Source: Octopus sinensis (taxonomy: Eukaryota). Taken from it: a stretch of DNA of 14,019 nucleotides. Made by a program: the position numbers and the translations under genes. Location: positions 1 to 14,019 of the forward strand of contig NW_021825977.1 of assembly GCF_006345805.1 (NCBI RefSeq). The letters run 5' to 3'. Below the pieces are notes generated by a model that searched no databases, was not told the DNA's origin, and saw only the letters and a list, made by a program, of their open reading frames with translations. This document shows positions 9,393 through 14,019 of this stretch, piece after piece (within the stretch, counting starts at the first letter, position 1; every line of letters begins with the position of its first letter).

Positions 9393-9454
<62 letters not shown>

Positions 9455-9540
9455 TCTCTTTCTCTCTCTCTCTCTCTCTCTTTCTATTTCTCTCTCTCTC
9501 TCTCTCCATATATATATATATACATATATAAACAATACAT
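9376..9540. repeat. (TC)n followed by (TA)n microsatellite
   Basis: Directly visible. It explains the ER/SL-repeat ORFs 9257-9544 and 9362-9616. Confidence 0.95.
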
Positions 9541-9645
9541 TCAAAAGAGATATCTCAAAAATTCAATCACTACTACCATCCACAACAGGTCACTTTCAGG
9601 CCACTTGACCATTTAACATCCTACTACTATCATACCACTCCCACA

Positions 9646-9821
9646 TCCTTCTTCTTCTTCTTCTTCTTCTCTTCTTCTTCTTCTTCTTCTTCTTCTTCTT
9701 CTTCTTCTTCTTCTTCTTCTTCTTCTTCTTCTTTCTTCTCTTCTTCTTCTTCTTTATTCTTCTTCTTCTCTTCTTCTTCTTCTTCTTCTTCTTCTTCTTC
9801 TTCTTCATCTTCTTCTTCTTT
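9646..9821. repeat. (TTC)n / (GAA)n trinucleotide tract, ~175 bp, lightly interrupted
   Basis: Directly visible. It explains the poly-K and poly-E ORFs 9596-9808 and 9630-9863. Confidence 0.95.
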
Positions 9822-9840
9822 CATATACATATATATATAT

Positions 9841-9996
9841 GACAGGCTTCTTTCAGTTTCCATCTATCATATCCGCTCACAAGGCTTTGGTTTACTCGAG
9901 GCTATATTAAAAGACAATTGTCCAAGGTACCACACAGTGGGACTGCACCCAGAACTATGTAGTTGATAGCAAGCTCTGTACCATACAGCTACGCCT
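9841..9996 (-). mobile_element. SINE-A 5' half (tRNA head plus CORE-like), minus strand, diverged
   Basis: GACAGGCTTCTTTCAGTTTCC...CAAGGCTTTGG...GTCCAAGGTACCACACAGTGGGACTG...CCATACAGCTACGCCT is the reverse complement of 7202-7364. Confidence 0.85.
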
Positions 9997-10010
9997 CAAG
10001 TTTTTTGCTT

Positions 10011-10018
10011 TGTGTTTC

Positions 10019-10074
<56 letters not shown>

Positions 10075-10277
10075 TGTCTGTGTTTGTCCCCCCACCATCA
10101 CCTGACAACCGATGTTGGTGTGTTTATGTCCCCATAACCTAGCGGTTTGGCAAAAGAACCAATAGAATAAGTAGTTGGCTTACAAAGAATAAGTCTTGGA
10201 GTCGATGTGTTTGACTAAAGGCAGTGCTCCAGCATGGTCGCAGTCAAATGAATGAAACATATAAAAGAATAAAGAAT
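10011..10277 (+). mobile_element. SINE-A 3' half ((TG)n plus tail), plus strand
   Basis: Matches 7390-7600 and ends CAGCATGGTCGCAGTCAAATGAATGAAACATATAAAAGAATAAAGAATA. Confidence 0.85.
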
Positions 10278-10281
10278 ATAT

Positions 10282-10315
<34 letters not shown>

Positions 10316-10410
10316 CTACTAACAATATAGGACGAAGTCCCTTTCTCTACCAAAGGATTCCATCAAAAGCATGGCAGTATATTAAAAAACCTTTACGGTT
10401 GAAGTATAAC

Positions 10411-10662
10411 ATCTTATAATTAAGTCTAAAGAAGGTTATTTCTAAAGCCCATACACTGATTTATCCACTTATAATCCACTTGTTCAGGAAATTGAACTGA
10501 AAACGGGCAACTAACCTTTAGAAAATTTTAAATAACGAATTTAAATTTTCTAAAGGTTAGTTGCCCGCTTTCAGTTCAATTTTCCTGTAACAAGTGGATT
10601 ATAAGTGGATAAATCAGTGTATTGGCTTTAGAATAACCTTCTTTAGACCTTAATTATAAGAT
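10411..10662. repeat. 252-bp near-perfect palindrome (arms ~123 bp, 5-nt spacer AACGA)
   Basis: Arm 10411-10533 versus arm 10539-10662. By manual alignment they differ by 2 substitutions and 5 single-base indels. Confidence 0.95.
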
Positions 10663-10691
10663 ATATAAATATATATATATATATATATACA

Positions 10692-10853
10692 ATGAGCTTC
10701 TTTCATTTTCCATCTACCAAATGCACTTGACTAGGCTTTGGTTGGCCTGAGGCTATAGTAGAAGGCACTTGCCCAAGTTGCCATGCAGTGGGACTGAACC
10801 CAGAACCATGTGGTTGGGAAGCAAGCTTCTTACCACACAGCCATACTTGCACC
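10692..10853 (-). mobile_element. SINE-A 5' half, minus strand
   Basis: Reverse complement of the head/CORE-like part (GCTTCTTTCATTTTCCATCTACCAAATG...ACTTGCCCAAG...CTTACCACACAGCCATACTTGCACC), preceded by the TA tract at 10661-10690. Confidence 0.85.
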
Positions 10854-10982
10854 ATAAAAGCGAGTAGACTGGCCACCAGGTGCTGAAATCAAAATTCCTA
10901 AATGCTCTCCCTTAAACACAAAGCTACAAATCTGATTTGTAAGTGAAAGGTAACATCAACTGTGTTGACCCTTATTTTATCT

Positions 10983-11080
10983 GGAGGGGGGGGCGGTTTT
11001 TTTATTCCCCGGTATTCAATTCACTCCCAGAAGTATGAAAAAGACAACGTTGATCTTGACACGAACTGGACTCAATACTG
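10983..11080 (-). mobile_element. Old, degraded SINE-C fragment
   Basis: GGTATTCAATTCACTCCCAGAAGTATGAAAAAGACAACGTTGATCTTGACACGAACTGGACTCAATAC aligns loosely (~65% by eye) to the reverse complement of the SINE-C body. Confidence 0.45.
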
Positions 11081-11884
11081 ACAGATCTAAATAACTAAAA
11101 AGCTGTTAATCTAATACCATCTTATTTCACAAACTCTCTAAGTGCAAATAACACTACAAGAATTAGTGTTCCAAAAGTGCTTCATAATTTGATTATCGCA
11201 GCTGGAATAAGTGTGTTATAAAATCAAATTTCTTGTAGCTTTCAAAAATTGCCAAAATTATTTTGCAAAATTTCTTACTTTTTACTCTTGCTATTTATTT
11301 ATATATTTATTTATTTATTTATTCTTACTAATCTCTTCCCCTTTTCTTCTTTTTTTTTGTCTTTTTTTCGGTTATTACTTTTTAAATTTTTCAGAAATCC
11401 ATAATTGCATTAAAACTGTGCAATGTACTATTTGCATATGGCATTAGTTTTTCTCTATTTTTTTCTTTTTTAACAATTTTTATTTTCATATTTTCTTTTT
11501 CTTTTTTTGTTTGCATTCTTTTTATAAATTGTTAGTTTCGAACGAGAGTATTGCTGAAAATGGAATCAATTCTCAATTAAATACAGCAAGTACAGGCAAT
11601 GTATTATCAGCACAATATATAGGATTCCGTTTTTTTTTTCCTCTTTCCTCTTTTCTCTTTTCTCTTTCAAACTGGTTTTTAGTCATAGATACATCTGTGC
11701 CATATTTTAACTACTTATTTATTTTATACTGCAATTTTGGCGAACAATAACATTGTTGGTTGCAGTTCTCAATCTGATTTATTTCCTTTCCAACAACGAG
11801 AATGATGACGTAAAACTGTAGGGGTGGAACAAATATTACAAGGGACTTCATTTGGAATGCACCCATTTTCAATACTCTTATCAG

Positions 11885-12473
11885 AGGCACAGGTGTGACT
11901 GTGTGGTAAGAAGCTTGAAGACAGTTAGCTGGCAGAAACGTTAGCACGGTTGACGAAATGCTTAGCAGTATTTCGTCTGCCTCTACGTTCTGAGTTCAAA
12001 TTCCACAAAGGTCGACTTTGGCTTTCATCCTTTCAGGGTTGATTGAATAAGTACCAGTTACGCACTGGGGTCGATGTAATCAACTTAATCCGTTTGTCTG
12101 CTCTTGTTTGTTCCCTCTGTGTTTAGCCCATTGTGGGTAGTAAAGAAATAGGTATTTTGTCTGCTGCTACGTTCTAAGTTCAAATTCCACCGAGGTTGAC
12201 TTTGCCATTCATCCTTATGGGTTCAATTGAATAAGTACCAATTATACACTGGGGTTGATATAATCGATTTAATCTCTTTGTCTGTCCTTGTTTGTCCCCT
12301 CTGTGTTCAGCCCCTTGTGGGTAGTAAAGAAATAAGAAGCTTGCTTTCCCACTCACATAGTTCTGGGTTCAGTCCTACAGCATGGAATCTTGGGCAAGTG
12401 TTTCTACTATAGCGTTGGGCTGACCAAAGCCTTGTGAGTGCATTTGGTAGACAGAAACTGGAAGAAGCCTGTC

Positions 12474-12519
<46 letters not shown>

Positions 12520-12740
12520 GGTGTGTGTGTGTGTCTTTGTGTCTGTGTTTGTCCCCAACCATTGCTTGACAACTGATGTTGTTGTGTTTATGTCCCCGTC
12601 CTTAGCAGTTCAGTAAAAGTGACTGATAGAATAAGTACTAGGCTTACAAAGAAGTCCTGGGGTCGATTTCTGCAACTAAAAACCCTTTAAGGCAATGCTC
12701 CAGCATGGCCACAATCAAGTGACTGAAATAAGCAACAAAA
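11885..12740 (+). mobile_element. SINE-A, full-length host, interrupted in its tRNA head by a SINE-C multimer
   Basis: Head start AGGCACAGGTGTGACTGTGTGGTAAGAAGCTTG (11885-11917) resumes at 12333 and continues through the CORE-like part, TA/TG tract (12476-12540) and tail to ~12740. Confidence 0.9.
11918..12332 (+). mobile_element. SINE-C head-to-tail multimer (one full unit plus one 5'-truncated unit) with 11-bp TSD
   Basis: TSD TAAGAAGCTTG at 11907-11917 and 12333-12343. Unit 1 ~11926-12150 has a tRNA-like head (TAGCTGGCAGAAACGTTAGC, B-box-like GAGTTCAAATTCC). Unit 2 is 12151-12332. Both end CTTGTGGGTAGTAAAGAAATA or a close variant. The central CCTTTCATCCTTTCGGGGTCGAT motif recalls the Meta/MESC SINE domain (from memory, unverified). 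Confidence 0.9.
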
Positions 12741-12964
12741 TAACACTAGCTTTCAGATTTCTTTCTCAAATATATTGCATATTTTGTCATATTGTCCTGA
12801 ATTATTCACAGATTTTGAATTAATCCCAAGAGCTCAATGATGTGTTTGTATATTTTTAGAATGACATTGTGGGGTAGGTGTGAGAGATCAGATATGGTCA
12901 GTTTTACCAAAAAAATCAGGCAATATATGAGCTAACTATGACTGCATTAAATGCTAAAGAGTTA
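12741..12964. mobile_element. Degraded MITE-like element with TAACCCTTTAGCATT-type ends (possibly piggyBac-like)
   Basis: Right end AATGCTAAAGAGTTA (reverse complement TAACTCTTTAGCATT) partly matches left end TAACACTAGCTTT. The interior resembles an octopus repeat I recall, unverified. Confidence 0.4.
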
Positions 12965-13261
12965 GAGATATTATTCCAAAATGCTGTGCTCTGCGAACAG
13001 GTTTGTAACCGTGTGATTGCAAAGCAAAGTTCTTCAAATTCTTATGAATGAACATTTAAACTTACATACACACATATTCCTTCTCACGCAATATATTTTG
13101 AGGAAGTTAGCTTGGAACAAGGCCATGGCTCTTCCAAGCTTTTATTCATAAAATAAGTTGAACCTGGCTATCTTTTCTACAAACTAGAATAAACTTTCAT
13201 TCACTGAATGTTGCTGAGAAAACTTAGAATGGTATTTCGTTTTTGGATTTAGGCAAGCACA

Positions 13262-13440
13262 TGAATATGCAGGATGCATACATACAGATGCACACATATA
13301 CATACATATATATGCATACACACACATATATACATACATACACATGCAAACACACACTCACACATACACACGTACATGCATGCATGTATAGGCACACACA
13401 AACACACTGACCGACACACATGCGCACAAACAAACAAAAG
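13262..13440. repeat. Degenerate (CA)n/(TACA)n microsatellite
   Basis: Directly visible. It explains the HT/CV-rich ORFs between 13224 and 13480. Confidence 0.9.
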
Positions 13441-13651
13441 GGAACGCACTGTAAATAACGGACAGAATCAAAACTATTGAAAAGGTTGCAAAATGCAACG
13501 AAAATTTTAGGACAATAAATAAGAAAAAAGTGGAAATTTTACTGGTGAGTTGTGTTTAAATAATAAGGCACAAAAGAAATGCTCTCCCCAGACACAACAG
13601 AAATTAAATGGTAATTTATTCTGATTTCAACCACATTTATCTTTGGCTTCA

Positions 13652-13781
13652 CATCATCATATCAATCTCGTTTAGGTCCGTTTTCCATGCTAGCAGGGTT
13701 GGACGGTTTTCTATGGGTCTGTGAAGCCAGAAGCTCAAACCTGGCAGTGTTTTCTACGGCTGGATGCCTTCCAACGCCAAC
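13652..13781 (-). mobile_element. 3' end fragment of a retroposon with an (ATG)n-type tail (SINE or LINE tail, possibly RTE-related)
   Basis: Minus strand reads GTTGGCGTTGGAAGGCATCCAGCCGTAGAAAAAC...CCGTCCAACCCTGCTAGCATGGAAAACGGACCTAAACGAGATTGATATGATGATG. It has a short tandem-repeat tail and a GGAAGG(G)CATCC motif that I recall from RTE-associated repeats. Confidence 0.6.
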
Positions 13782-14019
13782 TGAACTTTTTTCAATGGAA
13801 ATTTCTTGAGCACAGATGCATCCCATATTTTGTTCTATTTCATCACAAATTTGCAACAAAATATGAACTACCAACCTCTTAGTCGCCTGGTGCTCTATTA
13901 TCTATCTGGCCAATCTCATCTCTTACCTTCCTTATTAAATAAAACTCTAAATCACTTACTGGATATAAGGTCGGACAATTGTCATACTGTTGATGGCTGT
14001 TGAGTCTGAAACACATGTC

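Noticed and set aside
10317-10410. Possible Penelope-type end or hammerhead ribozyme beside the palindrome
   Set aside because: No CTGATGA...GAAA hammerhead core on either strand and no RT or GIY-YIG coding remnant seen.
13109-13144. Hairpin AGCTTGGAA...TTCCAAGCT followed by a T run, resembling an intrinsic terminator
   Set aside because: Eukaryotic context, 9-bp arms and no upstream gene; likely chance.

Overview
AT-rich, repeat-saturated eukaryotic DNA (intronic or intergenic) with no supportable protein-coding gene. The listed ORFs fall in microsatellites, retroposons or unique AT-rich DNA and none resembles a protein family I recognise. From memory, not from a search, the repeats resemble Octopus (coleoid cephalopod) interspersed repeats. 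Contents: (i) a complete 536-bp non-autonomous Helitron (91-626); (ii) about nine pieces of a ~400-bp tRNA-derived, CORE-like SINE with a built-in (TA)n/(TG)n tract, here called SINE-A; (iii) one young tRNA-derived SINE with a 12-bp TSD (SINE-B, 981-1368); (iv) a third SINE family (SINE-C) occurring as head-to-tail multimers; (v) a 429-bp MITE carrying telomere-type repeats; (vi) a 252-bp near-perfect palindrome; (vii) many simple repeats. I found no clearly new biological system. The most interesting signals concern retroposon mechanics (nesting, an apparent 5'-inverted SINE, a multimer inside one TSD, shared modules) and long hairpin/dsRNA-forming structures. SINE-A/B/C are my working labels, not database names.
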